Shown piece after piece: positions 27,691 to 38,084 of a stretch of DNA of 64,000 bases. The position numbers and the translations under genes are program-made. Each line of letters starts with the position of its first letter. Within the stretch, counting starts at the first letter, position 1. A model generated the notes under the pieces. It was given only the letters and a program-made list of their open reading frames with translations, searched no databases and was not told the DNA's origin. Source of the DNA: Bacteroidia bacterium (GTDB lineage: Bacteria > Bacteroidota > Bacteroidia > M30B66); assembly GCA_965279035.1 (NCBI GenBank), contig OZ257142.1, positions 1,801,239 through 1,865,238 on the forward strand, written 5' to 3'.

Positions 27691-28986
27691 TTAAGCCTTA
27701 TAAAGACCCAGTCGCATCTTCACTTTTCGAATAGCAGCTCCTGCTAAATACGTCATGGTCATTTCTTGTCCGCGACTCTTTTGCTGATCAATTCGAAAAA
27801 TATTATAGAAGTTGGTGTAGTTTCCTCCTCTTGGTTTTTGAATACGACCATTGATTTGAGTTGTATCTAATCCATAAGGAAATTTCATACAAAATAAAAG
27901 CGATTCGGAAGATAGTGAAACATCGCATTTATCATAAGGAATAGGCGTTTCCTTTAATTTGTCATTTAAAGAAAGTAGATAGGTTTTATTGTAGTCGTGC
28001 AGGTGTATATGTGCAGGTTTAAGCAAACTTTTTACAATGAAGTTATTGGTCTTATTTAAATTGTTGATGAAGACATCTGCTTGCTTTTGTAGTTCAACTA
28101 AATCAACGGGTACGTTTTTAATTAATTTATCCTGATTTAAATCGATGTTTTTTAAATCGTTCATATATTTTTGAATAGAATCGGTCGAATCCCATTTCTC
28201 AGGATACGTATATTCTTCACCATTATACAATACAACTGCTTGAGCTTTTGTATTATTTTTTATGTATTGATATGTTTTCTCTGCCGTATTGATGCTGTCG
28301 TTTAAATAATAATTTTCTTCGTGGCAGAAGTAAACATAACTAGCAATTGGTATGATAGCTTTGGGTTCGAAAACGTCACATTGAAACTTGAGTGCTTCTA
28401 ATTTATCATCAGCAATTTTCTGTCTAACTTCTTTTTCATCTTTGTTACCGGCCCAATAGGCATAAGAAAACTGAGTTAATAGTACATCTACTTTTCCAAC
28501 TATATTCTTAATGTAATTGGCTGGACCAATATTTCGAACTCCACAATCATTCGTATTTAAAAATGTGTATCCACCACCTTTATATACTATCCATGAATCA
28601 CCTTCTCCATAATATTCGCACAGTACTTTAAAGTCTTTACCTAAGTCGTAGTATGTGCCTTTTTGCATTTCAATTACTTCCTTAAACCCAGCTTTCCTAC
28701 AATAATTAGCCACTCGTCCATCAATTGTATGTTGGAATAATACAGTAATATTCTTCTTGTATTCAGCAGGAATCAACTTTAAATTGGGAGGATAAAAATG
28801 ATCTGGATGTTCATGTGAAAACCAGATATAATTTATTTTTTTAAAATCTTCATAACTGAAACGGGATTTGCTAATTAAATCCCATCCATTATTAAAAACA
28901 CGTCCTTCAAGCCAAGGATCTGCAATAATTTTCACTCCTTCATGTTCAACAATAAACGAGGAATGATTTACGAATTGGATTTTCAT
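27691..28986 (-). CDS. MBL-fold metallo-hydrolase with ~200-aa C-terminal extension
   Basis: WFSHEHPDHF (HxHxDH zinc-binding motif) near the N-terminus. Beta-lactamase-fold pattern. Confidence 0.65.
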   Translation of the reverse strand: MKIQFVNHSSFIVEHEGVKIIADPWLEGRVFNNGWDLISKSRFSYEDFKKINYIWFSHEHPDHFYPPNLKLIPAEYKKNITVLFQHTIDGRVANYCRKAGFKEVIEMQKGTYYDLGKDFKVLCEYYGEGDSWIVYKGGGYTFLNTNDCGVRNIGPANYIKNIVGKVDVLLTQFSYAYWAGNKDEKEVRQKIADDKLEALKFQCDVFEPKAIIPIASYVYFCHEENYYLNDSINTAEKTYQYIKNNTKAQAVVLYNGEEYTYPEKWDSTDSIQKYMNDLKNIDLNQDKLIKNVPVDLVELQKQADVFINNLNKTNNFIVKSLLKPAHIHLHDYNKTYLLSLNDKLKETPIPYDKCDVSLSSESLLFCMKFPYGLDTTQINGRIQKPRGGNYTNFYNIFRIDQQKSRGQEMTMTYLAGAAIRKVKMRLGLYKA

Positions 28987-28989
28987 TTG

Positions 28990-29670
28990 AATTATATTTT
29001 TAGAGTTGAATCCTGAAACTTCTTAACTGATATTTTAATAGATACCAAAAAGTCATTCACCTGCAAAATATAACTCAAAAAGTAATTTGTCAATAGTTAA
29101 ACTCAGATTAATATTTATTTTATATATTATTGTATATGTAACATAGTGAGGAAGATACAAAGATATTAATTACATTAGTAAGTTTTATATACATATAAAA
29201 GACAATAAATGCATCTATGATATGTGTGAGTGGTGGTTGTGTATAGCATGTTCAATTGTGAATTTTAAAACAATCTATTAAGTGACATCATGTTCGGCAA
29301 AGTGCATGTCAAAGAGATAATATAGCTTGTTAAATGGATTAATACTACCACAACATTGGGTTTTGGCGATCCATTTACCTTTGAAATTAATAATGAAATG
29401 AAGTTTAGCGTTGGTTTATTTCGAGATTATTTGAATAAACTGAATCTATTCCTATCTATTAAAAATCTAGGTTTTGAGCTGTTGTTTCAACTAAATTGAA
29501 ATCCAATAATCCATCAATTTTAAATTCTTTTAAATTAGTTTAGATGAATTAAATTCATTTTAAAATTAGTATTGAATTAACAAAACTACTATTAAATTTA
29601 TTTAAACAAATTTAACCATAATCTCAAGAGTACCTTATTAACAAAAATTATCCAATTAAAATGTTTTCTA
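28990..29670. other. AT-rich (~80% A+T) non-coding tract
   Basis: No ORF longer than 60 aa. Much higher A+T than the flanking genes. It lies directly upstream of the minus-strand flotillin-operon tail. Confidence 0.5.
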
Positions 29671-29674
29671 TTTA

Positions 29675-30163
29675 TTAAATACTCGACAATTTATTCAGTT
29701 CTGTTATAAAATCTGTTTTTATATTCTTCTCGTTTAAATCTTCATAAATCTGAGAATATACTTCATAATTCACCTTATTTGAATCCATTTTAATTAGAAA
29801 AGAAATAAAGTGAACACGCTTCACATCTTTCTGAGTTCCATTTAATGATACTAAGAAATCGGCTTCATTGCATTGCGTTAATATTAATACTTCATTCGGA
29901 TTTAGTTGAATTATATGTAAAAACAAAAATTTATCAATTCGCGTATTTTCTTGAATAGATAAAAGTTTCTTAAATAAATCTGGAAAAGAGGTTATATCTA
30001 TTTTGCCGTAAATAGCTGTTAAATTGGCAGCAATTTTACTTGCATGTGCAGGATTTTTTCTGACTTTACGAACGTGATTATCTGCATTGGCTTTTTGAAT
30101 TAAATTCTTAATTCCAATAGCAATTAATGAGATGATTAATATTAAAAGAACGACTACTTTCAT
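29675..30163 (-). CDS. Hypothetical membrane-anchored protein (N-terminal TM helix), last gene of the flotillin operon
   Basis: MKVVVLLILIISLIAIGI N-terminal anchor. Co-directional with the three upstream genes, 7 bp gap. Confidence 0.45.
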   Translation of the reverse strand: MKVVVLLILIISLIAIGIKNLIQKANADNHVRKVRKNPAHASKIAANLTAIYGKIDITSFPDLFKKLLSIQENTRIDKFLFLHIIQLNPNEVLILTQCNEADFLVSLNGTQKDVKRVHFISFLIKMDSNKVNYEVYSQIYEDLNEKNIKTDFITELNKLSSI

Positions 30164-30169
30164 AACTAT

Positions 30170-30577
30170 TTATTTAGCTCTCATTTTATTATTCTTCGCT
30201 TCATGAGTTAATTCTATTAAACCCAATGCTTCCATTAATGGTGGAACATATACACCAAATCTTCCACGCAATCCTTTCTTCAATCCATACCATCCTCCAA
30301 TCGGATTTTGTTCAGATCTTCCCCAGGCTTCAACAGTTCCTGCTTTAGCTTCTTTTTGTTCATCCGCACCTCCTAAATCCATCCAATCGCCATGTTGTTT
30401 GAGCATTGCATGTAAATTGTTTAAGCAGCGAGCATCGTATAATAATGTTGTTTTTCCTACAACACATACAATGACTTCCATACCATCTTTTTCATCGCGA
30501 TACATTTGATATTCCGATGTATTGGGTGGAGTTTTTAATTGAAATTGATTTGATTTATTGCTTTCTTGAAAATTCAT
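30170..30577 (-). CDS. Hypothetical soluble protein (135 aa)
   Basis: Intact ORF with coding-like composition. Conserved-looking GGWYGLKKGLRGRFGVYVPPL segment. No family recognised. Confidence 0.4.
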   Translation of the reverse strand: MNFQESNKSNQFQLKTPPNTSEYQMYRDEKDGMEVIVCVVGKTTLLYDARCLNNLHAMLKQHGDWMDLGGADEQKEAKAGTVEAWGRSEQNPIGGWYGLKKGLRGRFGVYVPPLMEALGLIELTHEAKNNKMRAK

Positions 30578-30598
30578 TTTTCTTCGTTTGAGAATGGA

Positions 30599-31057
30599 TT
30601 AAAATTCGGGGTCAATTAAAAAAACTATGGCAAATATTATGGCAATATTAATTAGCAAACCAATCAAAGTAATTCCGAAAACACGCCATCCAGAATAAAA
30701 TTCTCCATTGGAGGAACTGTGTTTTTCAATATAATCTTCTTGATATCGTTTCGCTAAATAACCTGCAAGTTGTGATATTAATAATGGGATTAGTATGCTT
30801 GGGAAATGTTTTATTTCACTTACTAAAAAACCAATACTAATTGTCAGCAATAAAACTCCTATTCCAATGAACCAGGTTAAACTTGTTTTCCTTTCATCTC
30901 CCATTTCTTTGAAGTTCGCAGCTATCAAGTATGTTCCAACGATTGGTCCACCAAAAAATGTAGCATTCCGAATATGCATTATTCTGTAAATTGGAGATTC
31001 CGAATTCTTGAAATTATCTAAAATTAAATCAGATGAATTATTCTTTTGATTTTCCAT
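30599..31057 (-). CDS. Hypothetical integral membrane protein (4 TM helices)
   Basis: Hydrophobic segments. Its start overlaps the flotillin stop (31038-31057). Confidence 0.45.
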   Translation of the reverse strand: MENQKNNSSDLILDNFKNSESPIYRIMHIRNATFFGGPIVGTYLIAANFKEMGDERKTSLTWFIGIGVLLLTISIGFLVSEIKHFPSILIPLLISQLAGYLAKRYQEDYIEKHSSSNGEFYSGWRVFGITLIGLLINIAIIFAIVFLIDPEF

Positions 31058-32963
31058 CAGTATTTATTTCGTTCTTTTTGTTTGGATCCATCATTTCCAT
31101 CAACTTCAACCCTAATAAGCCATCCATCGCGTTGCCACCTCCATTTTGACCACCAATTAAAATATCAGGAATTAATTTTACATTTCCTTTAGATAATTCT
31201 TCGGTGATTTTATATCGCGTGAAATTTTCGCCTCCTAATGCACTTACGGCTAATTCATAGGCTTCGGCAGTTGATTTACCGATGGCTAATATTTTTCCAG
31301 CCTCTGCTGCACCTGTTAATGTTATTTGTTCTGCTTGTGCCGAAGCTTTCAATTTAATAGCCTCAGATTCTGCTTGAGCTCTTGCTTTGGTAGCTTCTGC
31401 TTCGGCAAATGCTCTCAACTTGGTCGCTTCCGATTCGGCACTTACTGCCAACTTCACACTCGCCGCATCTCCTTCTGATTTTTTTACTGTTGCACTTGCA
31501 GTTCTTTCCGCAATTTCAACACTCTGTTGAGCAGATACAATTTCCTTTTGCATATCTGCAATGGCTGTTTCTTTCTCCATGCCCTGACGTGTTTCTTGGG
31601 CTTTTTTCTGCGTATCGTAGGTAACTTTTTGTTCTTCTGCAATCTTCCGATCCGTTAAAGTTTTCATTAACGATTCTGGAGGAACAATATCTCCAATCAA
31701 AGTATCTACAGCATTTACATTGTATTCATCCAACACTTTTTTTATGTGTGCTTTAGCAGATTCTTGACGTTCTTTTCGCGTACTTAAAAATGCTATTACA
31801 TCACTATCCTGCGCTGAATTTCTAAAATAATTTCCAATGGTTGGTTCCAATACTTGTGAAACCAAATTAACCATATTTCCAAATCGGGCAATTACTTTAG
31901 GAGCTTCCGTTGTAGGCACATGGATGATTTGTGCAACATCTAAATTAAAAGGAAATCCATCTTTCGAACGAACCGTTATAGTTGATAAATTTTTATCTAG
32001 ATTATGTGCTTCACTTCGTGCGGATGCCCAATTCAAGACCAAATTCGTAGTAGGAACTTGCTCTACTTTCATTATGTATTTGTTGATTGGATATTTCCCA
32101 GGACCAAGAGGTTCTAACCACACGCCTTTATATCCTTTCTCAACAATATTTCCATGTTTAAATTCTGATCCAGTTAAATCACTTCCCTCTTGTCCTATAT
32201 AGGAAATCACCACACCAACATATCCTATGGGAATTTCCATCATCGGAATTTCTTCAATCTGAACTGCCCAAGGATTTAAATTATAAGAACCTGCTAATAT
32301 CACTTGAGGTTGTAAACCCCGATTTCCATTGTTCTTTAAAAAGGTATCGAAATCCTGAAAATTATTATGTCCTTCAATCAATTTTCCAGCAATTTGATCA
32401 GCTTGAATCGGTTGTCCATCCAATGTAGTGACGATTCCTACCATGCTTTCTTGTATTCGCACCATATCCGTTATCGACACTTGAAAGAGCATCGTGTTAA
32501 TACGGTATGATCCTGCCGTGATGTATACGGTTTGTCGACCACGTTGGCCGCCATTGTTTAGAAATTTCTCAGCATCTTGAAAATTATCACACTCTGCTCT
32601 TCCTGCAAGGATGTTTCCAGTTGGAATTTCAGCTCCATCTTTCGCCATGACCAATCCAATTTTTCCTTCCGGAATCACCATGAAGCGTTCCATGGTAACA
32701 TCGTATTGCCAAAACCACATCCCAAAATATAAACCCGGAGCTAAAGTTTTTGCTTGAAAACCGGCTTCTCCTTTTGTGGCGATTATTCTTCCGTCAGGAA
32801 GCTCTTTATTCTCACCAAAGAGTACAAATTTCTTAGTCACTAAGCCGATTTTATCTTCAGGAACGATCACCATTCCAAATAAAAATCGCAGGATGTATTT
32901 ATAGAGAAGTATGCAAATGATGAGTAAAATTACCCACCAATAATTTGAAAGAAATGTACCCAT
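31038..32963 (-). CDS. Flotillin-family SPFH/Band-7 protein (YqiK-like)
   Basis: N-terminal TM anchor. Duplicated VIPEGKIGLV...DGAEIPTGNILAG modules. A long C-terminal Ala/Glu-rich coiled coil (AEAEATKARAQAESEAIKLKASAQAE) is characteristic of bacterial flotillins. Confidence 0.75.
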   Translation of the reverse strand: MGTFLSNYWWVILLIICILLYKYILRFLFGMVIVPEDKIGLVTKKFVLFGENKELPDGRIIATKGEAGFQAKTLAPGLYFGMWFWQYDVTMERFMVIPEGKIGLVMAKDGAEIPTGNILAGRAECDNFQDAEKFLNNGGQRGRQTVYITAGSYRINTMLFQVSITDMVRIQESMVGIVTTLDGQPIQADQIAGKLIEGHNNFQDFDTFLKNNGNRGLQPQVILAGSYNLNPWAVQIEEIPMMEIPIGYVGVVISYIGQEGSDLTGSEFKHGNIVEKGYKGVWLEPLGPGKYPINKYIMKVEQVPTTNLVLNWASARSEAHNLDKNLSTITVRSKDGFPFNLDVAQIIHVPTTEAPKVIARFGNMVNLVSQVLEPTIGNYFRNSAQDSDVIAFLSTRKERQESAKAHIKKVLDEYNVNAVDTLIGDIVPPESLMKTLTDRKIAEEQKVTYDTQKKAQETRQGMEKETAIADMQKEIVSAQQSVEIAERTASATVKKSEGDAASVKLAVSAESEATKLRAFAEAEATKARAQAESEAIKLKASAQAEQITLTGAAEAGKILAIGKSTAEAYELAVSALGGENFTRYKITEELSKGNVKLIPDILIGGQNGGGNAMDGLLGLKLMEMMDPNKKNEINTDGKSKE

Positions 32964-33157
32964 TGGGAAGTAGAATAATAGAATGAAATCGCCTTTAAGC
33001 GAAATTCAAACATACCAAGTTCTTTATCGATAATCAAATACTTGTTGAAAAATTAGAATAAAAAATATGCTCCAGTTAAACATACCCACATGATCGGATT
33101 TATTTTTCCAATGGTAAACGCAATACAATAGCCGATGAAAAGGATCGTTAGTGCAAA

Positions 33158-33838
33158 ATGAAACATAAAAAACTGCTTTTTTACAGCTTTATTCTCTTTC
33201 CAATAATTGCCTTTTCACAAAGAAAAAAAGTTGATTCAATCAATCTAAGTGCATTCATCGATTTAACTCATTACAATTCTTGGAATGTAATAACAACAAG
33301 TAAAGGAGCATCCTTTTTTATTGATTTCAGGGATAAAAAACGCAATTGGTTTGAAGCCTGCTTAGGAGTGAGTTTGCTAAACTCGAACGTATTTAAAGTG
33401 TATGATGTTGACTTCACTCCAATTCTATATCCTCGTCCTAATGGCTCATCTTCAAGACCCTATTTTATTCAATCCCACTCACTCGATTTTACAATTCCCT
33501 TCTTCTTGCGTTTTCGAATTATTCATAATGAAAATATTTCGTTGAAATGGAGTTTAGGAATAGCGAGTTCTTATCGATTTCTAAATACAACAAAAACATA
33601 TTCATATCAAGTAGAAACATGGAATACTCCTTTTGTTCGGGGGCCAAACTATTCTAGTTATCATAGATTAAATAATGAATTCTTTTATCTAAATGCTTTA
33701 TTTCCTCTGGCTTCTATTGATGCTGTTTTCTTTGAAAAATCATCGTTTCAATGTGTTAGCCGATTTATTTTTTCGGGTGCTAAGAATCGATTTTTAATGA
33801 ATGTTGGATTGGGAATTCAAAAGCGTTTTAAACATTAA
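33158..33838 (+). CDS. Hypothetical secreted/outer-membrane protein
   Basis: Signal peptide (IIAFSQ). Aromatic-rich alternating pattern. Confidence 0.4.
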   Translation: MKHKKLLFYSFILFPIIAFSQRKKVDSINLSAFIDLTHYNSWNVITTSKGASFFIDFRDKKRNWFEACLGVSLLNSNVFKVYDVDFTPILYPRPNGSSSRPYFIQSHSLDFTIPFFLRFRIIHNENISLKWSLGIASSYRFLNTTKTYSYQVETWNTPFVRGPNYSSYHRLNNEFFYLNALFPLASIDAVFFEKSSFQCVSRFIFSGAKNRFLMNVGLGIQKRFKH

Positions 33839-33901
33839 TTTATGTTGAATAATTTCATTTTAAAATATAATTGAATGTATCATATTATTCAATTAAACAA
33901 T

Positions 33902-34408
33902 TTATTCGGATTTCAATTTCATAAAATTAAACAAGCCAATCATCTCTACCGAATAATCCCACATTTCAATGCTACTACTATATGGAATGACCGGCATTAC
34001 AGCCATTGGTTCATAAACTGTTTGATCTAATTTTAATATATCCAATGAAAATTCTAATGGATATTCAGTGCCATTTCGAATGATAAAAACACTGTGTTTA
34101 TTTGCTTTTTTTTCTTCCTCTGTGCTTCCTTTTGTTCCTATGGAAACCAAAATATCAATGGTTCCTTCGGGGGCTTTAATGGAGGTGTATTGGTCGAGTT
34201 GATTTAAATCGAACTTTTCTTCAAACAAATCAAAATTCAAAATAGCATAATGAAAACGTACCGAATCAATGGGAATTAAGCGAATGCTTATTTTTGAATA
34301 CATCGGAAATGCAAAGCCAGCAATGGCTGATGTATCTGCCTGCTGAGCTTGAGCCGAACAGCTTATCAACAAGGCGAATATGATGAGTGTTTTCCTGATT
34401 AATTTCAT
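33902..34408 (-). CDS. Hypothetical secreted protein
   Basis: Signal peptide (CSAQAQQ). Confidence 0.4.
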   Translation of the reverse strand: MKLIRKTLIIFALLISCSAQAQQADTSAIAGFAFPMYSKISIRLIPIDSVRFHYAILNFDLFEEKFDLNQLDQYTSIKAPEGTIDILVSIGTKGSTEEEKKANKHSVFIIRNGTEYPLEFSLDILKLDQTVYEPMAVMPVIPYSSSIEMWDYSVEMIGLFNFMKLKSE

Positions 34409-34460
34409 TTTTTTGAATACAATTTATCTACTATTAAACTCGCAATTTATTGTTTTATTT

Positions 34461-34625
34461 TTTATTCTCCGGATTGAAATCCGAGGTTGCGGGGGTGGGG
34501 ATTATCTACGTCTTATTCATTTATTAGCCGGATTGAAATCCGGGGTTGCGGGGTTTTATTATCTACATCTTATTCATTTATTCCCCGGATTGAAATCCGG
34601 GGTTGCCATTTCATTAATAAATCAT
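34461..34625 (+). repeat. Tandem ~58-bp repeat (2.7 copies) built around the palindrome ccggattgaaatccgg
   Basis: ccggattgaaatccg(a/g)ggttgc at 34468, 34527 and 34583, each followed by the similar attatctac(g/a)tcttattcatttatt. Confidence 0.8.
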
Positions 34626-34663
34626 GTATTAACGAATCAGCATACCAGCACACCAGCACATCA

Positions 34664-34990
34664 GCACACCAGTTTAATGTGCTAATCCGATAGCTATCGG
34701 ATAGTTGATGTGCTAATGTGCTTATGGAAAGATCAAATCTGCAACTTTCCGGTAACCTAACAGCACACTAATTCAATGTGCTAATCCGATAGCTATCGGA
34801 TAGTTGATATGCTAAAGTGCTAATGGAAAAACACAGCTCCAACCTTCAAGTAGCCTAACAGCACATCAGCATATCAGCACACCATTAAATCAATTCAATG
34901 TGCTAATTCGATAGCTATCGGATAGTTGATGTGCTAATGAACTAATGGAAAAGAACACTGCTCAAACATAACGCTAACATTTTGCAAACA
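34664..34990 (+). repeat. Three tandem copies of a ~110-bp REP/MITE-like element with core palindrome ATCCGATAGCTATCGGAT
   Basis: Core aatgtgctaat(c/t)cgatagctatcggatagttgat(g/a)tgcta at 34676, 34785 and 34897. Each copy carries a ctaacagcaca(c/t)cagca(c/t)a(c/t)cagcacacc tail. Confidence 0.8.
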
Positions 34991-35112
34991 CCCGAGGTGA
35001 CAAATTGGGTGAATGAATTGATTTAGTTTAGAAAAAACTCTAAATTAACGATTGCCTCAAATGCTCAGAATGCTTGACTTTGCTGATGTTTTGTTTTAGG
35101 GTGTTTTTAAAA

Positions 35113-35793
35113 TCATTCAGGAATGTAATTAATTATTCCCTGGTCGCCACTTTGGTAAAAACTCTCTTCTTTTTTAGCAAATTCAATAGACTTATCATGT
35201 CGGATTTCCAATGTTTGGCTGTCAAGCCACTTTGCATATACAAATTTTCCCTTTGAATAGAAGTTAAAAACAGATCCGCCACCAGATGCCCAACTTATAC
35301 TTGAGCTTGTGTCTTTGTATTCACCATTCACATAACTTTCTATAATTTCAAATGTCTTTTTTCCGTCTGGTGCAATGAGTGTCAAAAGGTGAATAGCGCT
35401 ATACTCGAACTTTGGTTTTACTCTTCGTTTCGCTTTTTCCTTTTCTGTTGAAATTTGAATTAGGAATTTGTCAAGTTCTTTTTTGCGTTTTTCTATTGTC
35501 TTGTTATCAGCACCAAGTCCTTTCCAAACTTCAAGGTCTTTACCCGTTTCAATAATTTCTTTTACTTTTTTATAAACTGTTGAGTCAAGTAATTTTGTTT
35601 CCCATTGTGCCAATGCAAGTCCAAACAAACTGTTGTTACGGTCGTCATTGTCGTTAAACATTTCAGCAAAGTCGTCTTGAATTTGTTTAGAAATGTCAGC
35701 GGGATGTTGTCCTTTATTGTATAAATCAAAGAAGGTTTGATAAATGTCTTGAAAGGTGTCATTTCCGTTTATTTTCGTATTCCAAGTCCCCAT
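35113..35793 (-). CDS. DUF4259-like hypothetical protein
   Basis: N-terminal MGTWNTKINGNDTFQDIYQTFFDLYNKG pattern resembles the DUF4259 N-terminus. 226 aa. Confidence 0.4.
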   Translation of the reverse strand: MGTWNTKINGNDTFQDIYQTFFDLYNKGQHPADISKQIQDDFAEMFNDNDDRNNSLFGLALAQWETKLLDSTVYKKVKEIIETGKDLEVWKGLGADNKTIEKRKKELDKFLIQISTEKEKAKRRVKPKFEYSAIHLLTLIAPDGKKTFEIIESYVNGEYKDTSSSISWASGGGSVFNFYSKGKFVYAKWLDSQTLEIRHDKSIEFAKKEESFYQSGDQGIINYIPE

Positions 35794-35834
35794 TTTTCAG
35801 TCTGTTAGCGTACTGTTTTTAAATGTCTTATTAG

Positions 35835-35965
35835 CCTATTTCACACCATCAAATCAAATTAATGTGCTAATCCGATAGCTATCGGATAGCTAATATGCTA
35901 ATGTGCAGATGAAAAAGAAAACTGCTGCAACTTTCCGGTAACCTAACAGCACACCAGCACACCAT
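35835..35965 (+). repeat. Fourth copy of the ~110-bp palindromic REP-like element
   Basis: aatgtgctaatccgatagctatcggatagctaatatgctaatgtgc...ctaacagcacaccagcacaccatcacatc. Confidence 0.8.
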
Positions 35966-35973
35966 CACATCAA

Positions 35974-37062
35974 TTATTTAAACCAGCCTTTTCTTCTAAA
36001 ATAAAACACCATACCAATGGAAATTAAAATCATAATAATCCAAACAATAGGGTAGGCCCATTCTTGATCCAATTCTGGCATGAACTTGAAATTCATTCCG
36101 TAAACTCCTACGATAAATGTTAATGGGATAAATATTGTTGAAATAATCGTCAGTGTTTTCATGACGTTATTCATCTTATTACTCAATGAACTTAAATACA
36201 CGTCCATCATGCCCGAACTCAAGTCACGAAAGGTTTCTAGCGTATCAATAGCATGCACACAATGATCATACACATCACGTAAATAAATATCCGTATTGCC
36301 TTTTAAATGCAGGTGTTCGCTTTTCGATAAACTACTCACCACTTCACGCATTGGCCAAATGGATTTTCGTAAATAAATTAATTCCCTTTTTAATCCATGC
36401 AATATTTGTAAATCGCTCGTTTTTGCATCATTTAATAATTGAATTTCTGTTTCTTCCAAATGATCGCCAATCCGCTCCAGTACTACAAAATAATTATCTA
36501 CAATGGCATCCAATAAACTATATAAAATATAATCAGTTCCACTTTTTCGAACTTTCAAATTTCCCTTTCTCAAACGATCTCTCAAACCATCAAATAAATC
36601 ACCTTCATCTTCTATAAAACTAATAATTGTATTATTTAATAGAATGATACTTAATTGTTCTGTCTTTACTTGTTTCTCTTTATCGTCGTAACTAATCATT
36701 TTAACAACCACATACAAATACGCTCCGTAATCCTCCATTTTCGGGCGTTGTGTGGGATGAACAATATCTTCTTGCACTAAACTATGCAAACAAAATACAC
36801 GACCTAATTGCTCAACAACCGATGGTTCGTGTATTCCGATGACATTAATCCAGCGTGTTTGTTCCGAACTAACATCGTCTTTAATATCAGCAATACGGAC
36901 TTTTTTCTTCTCTGTAAAATGAGATTCATCCCAAGTGAGAATATCTGCATGGACTTCAAAATCGCGTGTTTCGCCTACATAAGCTACTGTTCCAGGTGCT
37001 AAACCTGCTTTACTTCCAAGGCGACGTTGCCGATGACGATGCGGTGTGTTGTACTTTTTCAT
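35974..37062 (-). CDS. corA: Magnesium/cobalt transporter CorA
   Basis: C-terminal two-TM region with the signature YGMNFKFMPEL (GMN motif). 362 aa. Confidence 0.85.
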   Translation of the reverse strand: MKKYNTPHRHRQRRLGSKAGLAPGTVAYVGETRDFEVHADILTWDESHFTEKKKVRIADIKDDVSSEQTRWINVIGIHEPSVVEQLGRVFCLHSLVQEDIVHPTQRPKMEDYGAYLYVVVKMISYDDKEKQVKTEQLSIILLNNTIISFIEDEGDLFDGLRDRLRKGNLKVRKSGTDYILYSLLDAIVDNYFVVLERIGDHLEETEIQLLNDAKTSDLQILHGLKRELIYLRKSIWPMREVVSSLSKSEHLHLKGNTDIYLRDVYDHCVHAIDTLETFRDLSSGMMDVYLSSLSNKMNNVMKTLTIISTIFIPLTFIVGVYGMNFKFMPELDQEWAYPIVWIIMILISIGMVFYFRRKGWFK

Positions 37063-37079
37063 CTGCTCGAATATCGTAA

Positions 37080-38060
37080 CTATTTGCTTTTGTGACGCAC
37101 TACACTCAATGGCCCATCAATGCGGTTCCCATCGGGTAAAATCAATTCGAATTGATACGTTCCACTGGGCAAACCAGCACCATCCCAATCGTTTCGATAA
37201 TTATCCGTTTTAAAAACAACCAGGTCTTTTTTATTTCGAATCGTTAAACGACTATAGCGAGGCAATCCTTCGATATAAAATAAATCATTAAATCCATCTC
37301 CATTGGGTGTAACCACTTCGGGAACGTGCATGCGACCTGCTGGTAATATTTCACCCGAAGGAGGAGCGATAACCTGCACTTCGGTTGGTTTTTCTACTTC
37401 AGGTGTACAGCTACCTAAATACACATTGTCCACATAGAGATAGGCCAAACGAATGTATTGTGTTTGATCATTTGGCTGAAGATTCGTACTTGCATCGTTA
37501 CGGAAATTACCAATGGTGACAAACTGTTCACCTCCTTTAGCTTTGAATGTAAAGGATAGGATTTTCCAAGTTTTTCCTGTATCCGAAATGGCAAGGTATT
37601 TTTGACTTTTGAATTCTGGTTCGCGGATAATGGTGTTCCAGTCGTTCGAGCGTATGGAATCTTTGCTAAGCGCGATGCCCAATTCATCGGTAAAATAGCT
37701 CGATTTTTCTGCTGCCGAAACGGAGATTTTTAAACACAATTCTTCACCCGGAATGAGCATTCTGCTTAATCGAACTTCGAGGTATTCTCTGAAATTGGGA
37801 TTGTCGGCATCGTAAAGTATCAAGCCGGCAAACTGTTGTCCTTCAGCAGCCTTTTGCTTTCCATGTGGCACCTCTCCCGGTTTGATTAAATCGGGACTAC
37901 CAATTCCTGCAGGAAACCAAGGACTTGCCTGCTCAATATTTCCTGAATATTTCGATTTTACAGGCTTCAACGAACGTTCGAAGCTCCCATTGGGTATCAA
38001 ATTCTGCCCACAAACAGGCAGCACAGAAAGTAGAAAAATTATGGTCAGGAAGCGAATCAT
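37080..38060 (-). CDS. T9SS cargo protein with type-B (gliding-motility-associated) C-terminal domain
   Basis: Signal peptide. C-terminal VTPNGDGFNDLFYIEGLPRYSRLTIRNK...NYRNDWDG...GTYQFEL matches the TIGR04131-type CTD. Confidence 0.7.
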   Translation of the reverse strand: MIRFLTIIFLLSVLPVCGQNLIPNGSFERSLKPVKSKYSGNIEQASPWFPAGIGSPDLIKPGEVPHGKQKAAEGQQFAGLILYDADNPNFREYLEVRLSRMLIPGEELCLKISVSAAEKSSYFTDELGIALSKDSIRSNDWNTIIREPEFKSQKYLAISDTGKTWKILSFTFKAKGGEQFVTIGNFRNDASTNLQPNDQTQYIRLAYLYVDNVYLGSCTPEVEKPTEVQVIAPPSGEILPAGRMHVPEVVTPNGDGFNDLFYIEGLPRYSRLTIRNKKDLVVFKTDNYRNDWDGAGLPSGTYQFELILPDGNRIDGPLSVVRHKSK

Positions 38061-38084
38061 GCAAGGGGCGCAAGATAGTATTTT

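Noticed and set aside
34461-34625. Possible CRISPR array (palindromic ~28-bp repeat ccggattgaaatccggggttgc recurring every ~58 bp)
   Set aside because: The inter-repeat 'spacers' are themselves near-identical to one another. There are only 2.7 units, no cas genes nearby, and the same motif recurs inverted at 38.17 kb. This makes it a tandem/dispersed repeat rather than CRISPR.
34380-34693. ORFs of 101 and 68 aa (IEIRGCGG... repeats) overlapping the 58-bp tandem repeat
   Set aside because: The repetitive amino-acid sequence is a direct translation of the DNA tandem repeat. There is no start context and no coding signal outside the repeat.
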